Shown: piece after piece, positions 20,200 through 29,060 of the stretch
How the letters are laid out: the number at the start of each line of letters is the position of its first letter
Numbering within the stretch: the stretch's first letter is position 1
NCBI GenBank assembly: GCA_005885035.1
Contig: VAXZ01000111.1
Location: 1,603 to 65,602 of the forward strand
DNA length: 64,000 nt
Reading direction: 5' to 3'
Source: Actinomycetota bacterium
GTDB lineage: Bacteria; Actinomycetota; UBA4738; HRBIN12
Made by a program: the position numbers and the translations under genes
The notes under the pieces: generated by a model
What the model was told of the DNA's origin: nothing
Seen by the model: only the letters and a program-made list of their open reading frames with translations
Database searches by the model: none

Positions 20200-21612
20200 A
20201 TGCAGGACGGCCCCAGGGTCGCAGTGATCGGACTCGACTGCGTAACCCCCACGCTCCTGTTCGACGATCTTCGTTCCGAGGTCCCCACCATCGCGAAGCT
20301 GATGGACAACGGCATGTACGGCGACCTCGCCAGCATCACCCCTCCGATCACCGTGCCCGCCTGGGCGTGCGGGCTGACGGGTCAGACCCCTGGGCAGCTC
20401 GGCATCTACGGGTTCCGCAATCGCAAGGACGTCACCTACGACGGACTCTCGATCGTCCATTCCGGCTCCGTGAAGGAGCCCGCCGTCTGGGACGCGTTGG
20501 GTGCGAGCGGCATGCGTTCGCTCCTGATCGGGGTGCCGCCCTCGTATCCACCGCCCGCCGACTTCCCCGGTTGGCGCGTCGGGTGCTTCCTCACGCCTCC
20601 CTCGGCGGACCGCTACGCCTATCCGCAGGATCTCCAGGCCGAGATCGAAGAGGAGCTCGGGGGGAAGGGCCAGTACATCTTCGACATCCCGAACTTCCGG
20701 GAGGCCGGCTTCGACGTCACGTTGGATCAGGTGTTCAAGATGACCGAGCGGCGATTCCGGGTGGGTCGACGGCTGATCCAGAACAAGCCTTGGGACTTCT
20801 TCATGCTCTGCGACATCGCGCCGGACCGCCTGCATCACGTCTTCTGGCAGTACGTGGATCCGGCGCACCCGCGACACGAACCCGGCAACCGGTACGAGGG
20901 AGTGTTCCACGACTACTACCGCTTCTTGGATCGCGAGCTGGCATCGCTCGTCGAGCTGATCCCCGAGGACGCGGTGACGATCGTGATGTCCGATCACGGC
21001 GCCCGCCCCATGATGGGCGGTCTGTGCTTCAACGACTGGTTGATCCAAGAGGGATACCTCGTGCTCGACGAGCCCGTCGACGGAGGCCCGGTTCCCTTCA
21101 AGGATGTCTCGGTCGATTGGTCCCGGACCGCGGCGTGGGGCGACGGCGGCTATTACGGGCGGTTGTTCCTCAACGTCAAGGGGCGCGAGACGCAGGGTGT
21201 CGTCGACCCCTCGCGCTACGAAGCGACTCGAGACGAGCTGATCCAGAAGCTCGAAGCTGCTCCCGGACCGGACGGCACGCCGCTCGGGACGAGGGTCCTC
21301 AAGCCGCAGGACGTCTATCCCGAGGTTCGGGGTGTCGCCCCCGACCTCCTCGTCTATTTCGGCGACCTGTCGTGGCGCTCCGTGGGCTCGATCGGCAACC
21401 CGAGCATGTTCACGTACGAGAACGACACCGGCCCCGACGGGGCCAACCATGACCGGGACGGCGTCTTCATCATGAACGGTGCTCCCCGCCAGCCCACCGG
21501 CAAGATCGAGGGACTCCGCCTCGTCGACGTGGGTCCGACCATCCTCTCCCTCTACGACATCGACGCGTCCCGGGCGCTGCCCGCGGCTGTCGGAAGGAGC
21601 TTCCTCGCATGA
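20200..21612 (+). CDS. Alkaline-phosphatase superfamily: type I phosphodiesterase/nucleotide pyrophosphatase family protein
   Basis: ATG at 20200 (aa 137 of the ORF). PAWACGLTG block resembles the NPP catalytic Thr loop. 470 aa. Stop overlaps the cysC start. Confidence 0.75.
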   Translation: MQDGPRVAVIGLDCVTPTLLFDDLRSEVPTIAKLMDNGMYGDLASITPPITVPAWACGLTGQTPGQLGIYGFRNRKDVTYDGLSIVHSGSVKEPAVWDALGASGMRSLLIGVPPSYPPPADFPGWRVGCFLTPPSADRYAYPQDLQAEIEEELGGKGQYIFDIPNFREAGFDVTLDQVFKMTERRFRVGRRLIQNKPWDFFMLCDIAPDRLHHVFWQYVDPAHPRHEPGNRYEGVFHDYYRFLDRELASLVELIPEDAVTIVMSDHGARPMMGGLCFNDWLIQEGYLVLDEPVDGGPVPFKDVSVDWSRTAAWGDGGYYGRLFLNVKGRETQGVVDPSRYEATRDELIQKLEAAPGPDGTPLGTRVLKPQDVYPEVRGVAPDLLVYFGDLSWRSVGSIGNPSMFTYENDTGPDGANHDRDGVFIMNGAPRQPTGKIEGLRLVDVGPTILSLYDIDASRALPAAVGRSFLA

Positions 21613-22241
21613 CCGAGCGGCGCGGTTTCACCGTCTGGTTCACCGGCCTTTCGGGCGCCGGCAAATCGACGATCGCCGAGATGCTGTACCACGAGTTCCA
21701 GGCCCGCGGGATGAAGACCGAGATCCTCGATGGTGATGTCGTGCGGCAGAACCTGTCCAAGGGTCTCGGCTTCTCCAAGGAGGACCGCGATCTCAACATC
21801 ATGCGGATCGGGTTCGTGGCGAACCTCCTCACGCGCAACGGCGTCGCTACGATCTGTTGCCCTATCAGCCCGTACCGAGAGACCCGGGACGCTGTTCGCG
21901 CAGAGGTCGGGGACTTCGTCGAGGTGTACGTCCACGCGACCGTCGCAGAGATCGCGGCGCACCGGGACCCGAAAGGCCTTTACAAGAAGGCGCTGGCGGG
22001 AGAGTTGACCGGCTTCACGGGCGTCGATCCAGACGCGCCGTACGAGGCGCCGGAGCACCCTGAGCTCGTCGTCGACACGATGGTGGAGACGCCCGAAGAG
22101 TCCCTGCAGCGCGTGCTCACGACGCTGACCGCGCTCGGGTACCTCGAGAGCGACGAGCCGATGGTCGAGGGCGACCGCGTGCACTCCGGCATGACCGATC
22201 TGCGCGTGCACGAGACGGGGCACGTCGTCAAGGAACACTGA
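21609..22241 (+). CDS. cysC: Adenylyl-sulfate (APS) kinase
   Basis: WFTGLSGAGKSTIA P-loop, DGDVVRQNL.GLGFSKEDRDLNIMRIGFVA. 210 aa. Confidence 0.9.
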   Translation: MTERRGFTVWFTGLSGAGKSTIAEMLYHEFQARGMKTEILDGDVVRQNLSKGLGFSKEDRDLNIMRIGFVANLLTRNGVATICCPISPYRETRDAVRAEVGDFVEVYVHATVAEIAAHRDPKGLYKKALAGELTGFTGVDPDAPYEAPEHPELVVDTMVETPEESLQRVLTTLTALGYLESDEPMVEGDRVHSGMTDLRVHETGHVVKEH

Positions 22242-22260
22242 GCGTCGATACCATCCGGTC

Positions 22261-22794
22261 GTGCGGAACGATTCGCCCGATCCGATCGCCGATCCCGCCG
22301 GCTATCAACAGCACCTGTTGGGTCTGCTCGGCGACGACGATCCCGCCGAGGTGCAGTCTTCGACGGCGGCTTCGGTCCGAGCCCTGCTCCGGGACGCGGG
22401 GACCCACGCCAGCGACCCGCCAGAGCCGGCGGAATGGTCGGTGGTGCAATGCGTCGCGCACATGACCGACGCAGAGCTGGTCGTGAGCGGGCGGTACCGC
22501 TGGATCCTGGCCCACGATCGTCCGCCATTGATGGGCTACGACCAGGATCGGTGGGTCGACGAGCTCCATCGGCCGCCCGAGCCGGCAGAAGAGCTGCTCG
22601 CCGTGTTCGAACCGCTCCGGGCGGCGAACGTCGCCCTGTGGTACCGCACCCCTGAGGAGCGGAGGGACCGTCTCGGGATCCACGCGGAGCGCGGACCCGA
22701 GAGCTACGAGCTGACGTTCCGGCTGATCGCCGGGCACGACCGGTTCCATCTGGCGCAAGCCGATCGCGCGCTGACAGCGATCCGCGCTTCGTAG
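22261..22794 (+). CDS. DinB/YfiT-like (DinB_2) family protein
   Basis: Four-helix-bundle metal-binding family; CVAHMTDAELV..RYRW. Confidence 0.7.
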   Translation: MRNDSPDPIADPAGYQQHLLGLLGDDDPAEVQSSTAASVRALLRDAGTHASDPPEPAEWSVVQCVAHMTDAELVVSGRYRWILAHDRPPLMGYDQDRWVDELHRPPEPAEELLAVFEPLRAANVALWYRTPEERRDRLGIHAERGPESYELTFRLIAGHDRFHLAQADRALTAIRAS

Positions 22795-22847
22795 CTCCCG
22801 AGGCGCCACAGGTCCTCTGCTACCCTCTCGCCATGTAGGCCTTCGAC

Positions 22848-22869
22848 GCCCACCCGGCGACGGGTGGGC
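22848..22869 (+). terminator. Hairpin GCCCACCCG-GCGA-CGGGTGGGC followed by a T-rich tract
   Basis: Perfect 9-bp stem between the DinB-like gene and guaB3. Confidence 0.35.
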
Positions 22870-22892
22870 GTTCGCGTTCTCTGGGGGAGCAC

Positions 22893-23943
22893 ATGGAATT
22901 CGAGATCGGCATCGGCAAGACGGCGCGTCGGGCCTACGGGTTCGACGAGGTCGCCATCGTTCCGTCGCGAAGGACCCGCGACCCCGAGGACGTCAGCATC
23001 GCGTGGGAGATCGACGCGTACACCTTCGGTCTGCCGATGATGACCGCGGCGATACGACGAGATCGCGGGGCTCCCGGACGATAAGGCCACCCGCCGGATG
23101 CAGGAGCTCTACGCCGAGCCGATCCGCGAGGACCTGATCGGTCGTCGCATCCAGGAGATCAAGGCCGGCGGCGTGGTCGCCTGCGCCTCGCTCACCCCGC
23201 AGCGGGTGGAGCGCTACGCGAAGCTGGTCCTCGAGGCGGAGCTCGACATCCTCGTGATCCAGGGGACGGTCGTTTCGGGCGAGCACGTCTCCAGTCAGCA
23301 TGAGCCGCTCAACCTCAAGGAGTTCGTCCCGTCGTTCGACATCCCCGTGATCGTCGGAGGGTGCGCGTCGTATGCGACCGCGCTGCACCTGATGAGGACC
23401 GGAGCGGTCGGCGTCCTCGTGGGTGTCGGACCGGGGAACGCGTGCACGAGTCGAGGGGTCCTCGGGGTCGGCGTGCCGCAAGCGACGGCGATCGCCGACG
23501 CGGCCGCAGCTCGGCGGGAGCACCAGCACGAGACCGGGCGCTACTGCCACGTGATCGCGGACGGAGGCATGCGCACCGGCGGCGACATCGCGAAGGCGAT
23601 CGCCTGCGGAGCGGACGCGGTGATGATCGGTTCCCCGCTCACACGGTCCCTCGAGGCTCCGGGTCGCGGTTACCACTGGGGGATGGCGACGTTCCATCCG
23701 ACCCTGCCTCGTGGCGCCCGCGTCAAGACGCAGCAGGTGGCGTCGCTCCGGGAGATCCTGGTGGGGCCGGCGCACGAGAACGACGGCACCTTCAACCTCT
23801 TCGGCGCGCTCGCGACCTCGATGGCCACCACCGGCTACGAGACGATCAAGGAGTTCCAGAAAGCCGAGCTGGTGATCGCCCCGGCGATCAAGACCGAGGG
23901 CAAGACGTATCAGACCCAGCAACGGGTGGGGATGGGCCACTAG
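22893..23943 (+). CDS. guaB3: IMP dehydrogenase family protein GuaB3, disrupted by a frameshift and an internal deletion near 23041..23100
   Basis: N-terminal fragment 22893..23084 (MEFEIGIGKTARRAY..IVPSRRTRD..DAYTFGLPMM). The rest runs 23098..23943 in another frame (LVIQGTVVSGEHV..GGCASYATALHLMRTGAVG..IADGGMRTGGDIAKAIACGADAVM). About 30 aa expected between the two pieces is absent. Confidence 0.7.
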
Positions 23944-23946
23944 TCG

Positions 23947-25378
23947 ATGCCCGAACAGCCCCGCCCGGTCCTCGTCGTCGACCTGGGGGCGCAGTACGCA
24001 CAACTGATCGCCCGTCGGGTCCGGGAAGCGCACGTCTACTCCGAGATCGTTCCCCACGATCTGGATGCGAAGGGCTTCGCCGCGAAGCGTCCAGCCGGCA
24101 TCATCCTGTCCGGCGGCCCGGCGAGCGTCTACGAGCCGGGAGCACCCCAGCTCGACCCGCACATCTTCGACCTGGGCGTGCCGGTCCTCGGCATCTGCTA
24201 CGGCCACCAGCTGATGGCGCGGGCGTTGGGCGGGGAGGTCGCGGCGACCGGGCAGCGGGAATACGGTGCGACCGTCCTGCACGTGTCGCAGCCGACCCTG
24301 CTGCTGCGCGACCTCCCTGCGACCGACACGGTCTGGATGTCCCACGGCGACGCCGTCACGCGGTCTCCGGAGGGGTTCCGCGTCACGGCCTCCACCGAGC
24401 AGATCGCGATCGCAGCGATGGAAGATCCCGACCGGGCTTTGTTCGCCGTGCAGTTCCACCCCGAGGTGTCACACACGCCGAACGGGCAGGCGGTCATGAA
24501 GCGGTTCCTGGTGGATGGGTGCGGGCTGCTCCCGGATTGGACGCCGACCAACATCATCGAGGACGCGGTCGAGCGGATCCGCGCCACCGTCGGCGACGCG
24601 AAGGTCTACTGCGCCCTGTCCGGTGGGGTGGATTCGAGCGTCGCGGCGCTCTTGGTGCACCGGGCCGTCGGCGGTCAACTGACCTGCGTGTTCGTGGACA
24701 CCGGGCTCCTGCGTGCTGGCGAGCCCGAGCAGGTCGAAGAGACCTTCGCTCGGCATCTTCACGTGCCGTTCGTCCACGTGAAAGCCGGCGACGACTTCTT
24801 CGCCAGCCTCGCCGGCGTGACGGACCCGGAGGCGAAACGCCGGATCATCGGTGCTGGATTCGTCCACGCCTTCGAGGAGGCCGCCGGGCCGCACACCGAT
24901 CAGCGCTTCCTGGTGCAGGGCACGCTCTATCCGGACGTGATCGAGAGCGGCTCGAAGACGGGAGCGACGATCAAGACCCACCACAACGTCGGTGGCTTGC
25001 CCGACCAGATCGATTTCGACGGCATCGTCGAACCCCTCCGCGACCTGTTCAAGGACGAGGTCCGCAAGGTCGGAGAGGAGCTGGGGATGCCGGAGGAGAT
25101 CGTTCAACGGCAACCGTTCCCCGGGCCGGGCCTGGCCGTGCGGATCGTGGGGGAGGTGACGCCCGAACGAGCGGAGAAGGTGCGGGCCGCCGATGCGATC
25201 GTCCGCGACGAGATCCGTCGTGCCGGCCTCGAACGCGAGACCTGGCAAGCCTTCTGCGTCCTCCTCGGAGATGTCCATGCGGTCGGCGTGATGGGTGATC
25301 GTTCGCGAGGTTCCGGGCGTGAACCGCGTGGCGTACGACATCACCTCCAAGCCGCCGGGCACGATCGAATGGGAGTAG
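23947..25378 (+). CDS. guaA: GMP synthase (glutamine-hydrolysing), C-terminus frameshifted with a ~110-nt internal deletion
   Basis: GATase and ATP-PPase domains intact (SGGVDSSV). In-frame sequence matches the guaA consensus up to ...VGVMGD (D at 25297). The canonical terminus [26 protein letters not shown] follows immediately in the +1 frame and ends at 25378. Confidence 0.8.
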
Positions 25379-25416
25379 GGCCGGCCGACATCGCCGGTGA
25401 TGCCTTCCAGGACCTG

Positions 25417-25866
25417 ATGCCGTTCAACCACTGCTGGGGCTGCGGTGCCGACAACCCGGCCGGTCTCCGGCTCAAGAGCAGGTGGTCAGCGGACGATCCC
25501 GAGGTCGCGATCGCGACGTTCCGTCCGCGCCCCGAGCACATGGCGGGCCCGCGGCACGTCCTCAACGGGGGCATCATCGCCACGATCCTCGACTGCCACG
25601 GCGTGTGCACCTCTGTGGCGGACGCGTATCGACGGGAGGGACGAGCGATCGGTCGTGGCGACACGATCTGGTTCGCGACCGGCTCGCTCGACGTCAGGTT
25701 TCTGGCGCCGGTCCCGGTCGATGCCGCTGTCGAGCTTCGAGCCAGGGTCGTCGAGCACAGGGAGCGGAAGACGGGCCTCGACTGCACGCTCGCGGCGGCC
25801 GACGACATCTGCGCCCGGGCGGCCGTGACGGCCGTCCGCGTGCCGCCGTCCTGGCTCCAGGCCTGA
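25417..25866 (+). CDS. Hotdog-fold (PaaI/YbgC-like) thioesterase
   Basis: [19 protein letters not shown]...; 149 aa. Fused to guaA in the ORF track only through out-of-frame read-through. Confidence 0.7.
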   Translation: MPFNHCWGCGADNPAGLRLKSRWSADDPEVAIATFRPRPEHMAGPRHVLNGGIIATILDCHGVCTSVADAYRREGRAIGRGDTIWFATGSLDVRFLAPVPVDAAVELRARVVEHRERKTGLDCTLAAADDICARAAVTAVRVPPSWLQA

Positions 25867-25872
25867 GACGGT

Positions 25873-25898
25873 GGGGCCGCTCCTTCCGGAGCGGCCCC
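25873..25898 (+). terminator. Bidirectional stem-loop terminator
   Basis: GGGGCCGCTCC-TTCC-GGAGCGGCCCC, perfect 11-bp stem, 7 nt after the thioesterase stop and facing the convergent sortase gene. Confidence 0.6.
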
Positions 25899-26040
25899 AT
25901 CCTTCCCACGTCCCGCGTCAGGGAAGCGTGTTCGCCTCGTCAAGCGCGGCGAGGAACGACCCATCGGGGAACGACTTCGGCGTCTCGGCCAACGAGCCCT
26001 CCGGAGGCGACGTCGGCTGAGCGTAGCCTCCCGTCCGCCC

Positions 26041-26727
26041 TCAGGTCGGCGAGCGGGTGAGATCCGCCTCCACGATCAGTCGCTGCGAGCTGGCGTACTT
26101 CGGATTGCAGGTGGTGAGGACCAGCGTGGGCCGGCTGGTCTGTCGCAGGACGACGCCCGCCGTCGCTTCGGGCAGGACGAAGTTCCTCGTGACGGCGTAC
26201 GTGTACGTGCCGAACCCGGTGAGCAGCTGGATCGTGTCGCCCGGCCGGACCTGATCCAGGTTGAAGAACGGGTGCAGGTAGGTCGTGCGGTGCCCCGCGA
26301 TGCCGACGCGACCCATCCCGTCCCACGGGTCCGCGGTGTCGACGTAATGCCCGGGCCCGGACTTCAGCGATGTGTAGTCGGTGCCCTGCACGACCACCAT
26401 GTCCAGGCCGATCCGGGGGATCCTGATCACCCCGTAGGCGCTTCCGGGGATGACAGGCGATCCGGGCCGCGGGCCCTCGGAGGGCGGCCGGGGGTTCGCG
26501 ATCTGCCCTTCGATCGCCGGTCGCAAGGCATCCTGTGCCCGCTGCGTCTGCAGGCCGGTTCCCCAGAGGAGCCAGGCGACGTACCCGGCGAAGAACGCCG
26601 CGCCCATCAGGCAGAGCAGCCCGAACCACCGGACCGGTGTCCGCCAATCCAGACGGCGTCGCGCGGGGACGCCGGTTACCAGGGCGCTCACGGCATGAAC
26701 CGTACCGTGGGCCATCCGGTCCAACAT
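26041..26727 (-). CDS. Class E sortase
   Basis: TLVLTTC catalytic Cys motif, N-terminal TM anchor, HRTTYLHPF. Start chosen at M57 of the ORF (MLDRMAHG). Confidence 0.85.
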   Translation of the reverse strand: MLDRMAHGTVHAVSALVTGVPARRRLDWRTPVRWFGLLCLMGAAFFAGYVAWLLWGTGLQTQRAQDALRPAIEGQIANPRPPSEGPRPGSPVIPGSAYGVIRIPRIGLDMVVVQGTDYTSLKSGPGHYVDTADPWDGMGRVGIAGHRTTYLHPFFNLDQVRPGDTIQLLTGFGTYTYAVTRNFVLPEATAGVVLRQTSRPTLVLTTCNPKYASSQRLIVEADLTRSPT

Positions 26728-26770
26728 CGGCCGGACGTCGCGTCCGTTCGGACTCCTACACTGGGCGCGC

Positions 26771-29050
26771 ATGTCCTCGCCGATGTCCCCCCTGCTCGAG
26801 CCTCTCAACGACATCCAGCGCGAGGCGGTCCTGCACACCGAGGGCCCGGTCCTGATCGTCGCCGGCGCGGGGAGCGGCAAGACCCGGGCGCTCACCCATC
26901 GGATCGCCTACCTGATCAGGGAACACGGGGTCAGCCCTCACCAGATCCTCGCCATCACCTTCACGAACAAGGCGGCGCGGGAGATGGCCGAACGGGTCGA
27001 GCGGCTGGTTGGCTCGGGCGTCGCCCGGAGCATGTGGATCCTGACGTTCCACGCGACGTGCGCCCGCATCCTCCGCCGCGAGCACACGCATCTCGGCGTT
27101 CCCTCGGGCTTCACGATCTACGACGACGGTGACACCGAACGGCTGATCGCCGGCATCCTCAAGGAGCTCGATGTCGACCCGAAGCGGTTCCCTCCGAAGG
27201 CGATGGCCGCGGCGATCTCCAAGGCGAAGGACCGCGTGATCGCGCCCGACGCATTCGCCCAGATGGCGTCGAACTTCTACGAGGAGATCGTCGCGAAGGT
27301 CTACGTGGGGTACGAGCGGCGGAAGCACGACGCGGGCGCGTTGGACTTCGATGACCTCATCAGCGAGACGGTCCGGCTCTTCCGCGACCACCCCGACGTC
27401 TTGCGTCACTATCAGGAGCGGTTCCGGTACATCCTCGTGGACGAGTATCAGGACACGTCCAGGGCGCAGTACGAGCTGGTGAACCAGCTTGCCAGCTTGT
27501 ACCGGAACGTGTGCGTCGTCGGTGATGCAGATCAGGGCGTCTACTCGTGGCGAGGCGCCACGATCCAGAACATCCTCGACTTCGAACGCGACTATCCGGA
27601 CGCCCAGGTCTTCCTGATGGAGCAGAACTACCGCTCCACCGGCAACATCCTCGCGGTCGCGAACGCGCTGATCGAGCACAACACGCAGCGGAAGCCCAAG
27701 ACCCTGTGGACGGATTCGGCCGCGGGCGAGCTCGTGGTCAACTTCCGCGCGAACGACGAGCACGAAGAGGCGCTCTTCGTCGCCTCGGAGAGTCAGCGGC
27801 TCCGGGACGAGGACGGACATCGCTACCGGGACGTCGCGGTCTTCTACCGGACCAACGCGCAGTCCCGGGTGATCGAGGACATCTTCATGCGCGTCGGCAT
27901 GCCCTACCGCGTGTTCGGCGGGGTTCGGTTCTTCCAGCGGCGCGAGGTCAAGGACGTGCTCGGATACCTCCGCCTGCTGCTCAACCCACAGGACGTGATC
28001 AGCTTCCGCCGCGTCGTCAACATGCCGAAGCGGGGGATCGGGGACCAGACGGTCGCGGCGGTCGAGGCGTTCGCCCGCGACGAAGACGTCGACGTCGTCG
28101 AGGCGTGCCGGCGAGTAGACGAGATCTCGCTGTTGAACGCGCGGGCCAAAGGGGCGGTCGCGGGGTTCAACCAGGTCATGATCGCGCTCGAGGGCCATCT
28201 GGCGGACGGAGCGACGGCCGCCAGGATGGTCGAGTTGGCCGCGCAGGAGTCCGGGTACCTCGCCGAGCTCGAAGAGGAGCGCACGATCGAGGCGCAAGGG
28301 CGGATCGAGAACATCCAGGAGCTGGCGGGCGCGGCGATGGAGACCGCGGCGCGCGATCCCGAGAGCGGTCTCGCCGGTTTCCTGGAGCAGGTGTCGCTGG
28401 TGGGTGAGCAGGACGACTACGAGGAGGAGGACTCGAGCGTCACGCTGATGACGCTGCACATCGCGAAGGGTCTGGAGTTCCCGGTGGTGTTCGTCGTGGG
28501 GATGGAGGACGGGATCTTCCCGCACTTCCGCTCGATGACCGATCAGGCGGAGCTCGAGGAGGAGCGCAGGCTGGCGTACGTCGGCATCACGCGAGCACAG
28601 GAACGCCTGTACCTCACGCACGCGTGGAGCCGGACGCTGTTCGGACAGACCAGCTACAACCCGCCGTCACGCTTCCTGGGTGAGATCCCCGAGCACCTGG
28701 TCGAGGCGAAGGAGTCCGAGACGCGCGTCCAACAGCGTTCTCGGTCGAGGTACGGCCGGGCGCAGGTCGACGGCGGGAAGAGCGGCGGGTACACCGTCGT
28801 CGGACTGCCCGGGCGGAGCGGCGAGGTGGCGGTCGACCGAGGATGGAAGGCGCCCTCGGTGCCGCCGATCCCCAAGCGCGAGACCCCGGCAGTCAAGGCA
28901 GGCGACACGGTCCTGCACGAGCGATGGGGTGAGGGGGTGATCGTGCAGATGACCGGGTACGGCGAGGATGCTGAGGCGACGATCCGGTTCGCCGAGGTGG
29001 GGGAGAAGCGTGTCCTGCTCGCCTACGCGCCGCTGAGGAAGGTCGGATAG
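26771..29050 (+). CDS. pcrA: ATP-dependent DNA helicase PcrA/UvrD
   Basis: AGAGSGKTRALTHRIAYL (motif I), DEYQDTS, and a C-terminal HERWGEGVIV tail domain. 759 aa. Confidence 0.95.
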   Translation: MSSPMSPLLEPLNDIQREAVLHTEGPVLIVAGAGSGKTRALTHRIAYLIREHGVSPHQILAITFTNKAAREMAERVERLVGSGVARSMWILTFHATCARILRREHTHLGVPSGFTIYDDGDTERLIAGILKELDVDPKRFPPKAMAAAISKAKDRVIAPDAFAQMASNFYEEIVAKVYVGYERRKHDAGALDFDDLISETVRLFRDHPDVLRHYQERFRYILVDEYQDTSRAQYELVNQLASLYRNVCVVGDADQGVYSWRGATIQNILDFERDYPDAQVFLMEQNYRSTGNILAVANALIEHNTQRKPKTLWTDSAAGELVVNFRANDEHEEALFVASESQRLRDEDGHRYRDVAVFYRTNAQSRVIEDIFMRVGMPYRVFGGVRFFQRREVKDVLGYLRLLLNPQDVISFRRVVNMPKRGIGDQTVAAVEAFARDEDVDVVEACRRVDEISLLNARAKGAVAGFNQVMIALEGHLADGATAARMVELAAQESGYLAELEEERTIEAQGRIENIQELAGAAMETAARDPESGLAGFLEQVSLVGEQDDYEEEDSSVTLMTLHIAKGLEFPVVFVVGMEDGIFPHFRSMTDQAELEEERRLAYVGITRAQERLYLTHAWSRTLFGQTSYNPPSRFLGEIPEHLVEAKESETRVQQRSRSRYGRAQVDGGKSGGYTVVGLPGRSGEVAVDRGWKAPSVPPIPKRETPAVKAGDTVLHERWGEGVIVQMTGYGEDAEATIRFAEVGEKRVLLAYAPLRKVG

Positions 29051-29060
29051 GAGGAGCACG

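Noticed and set aside
22993-25431. Minus-strand ORFs 22993..24459 and 24469..25431 antisense to guaB3/guaA
   Set aside because: Antisense to clearly identified gua genes; no domain signatures.
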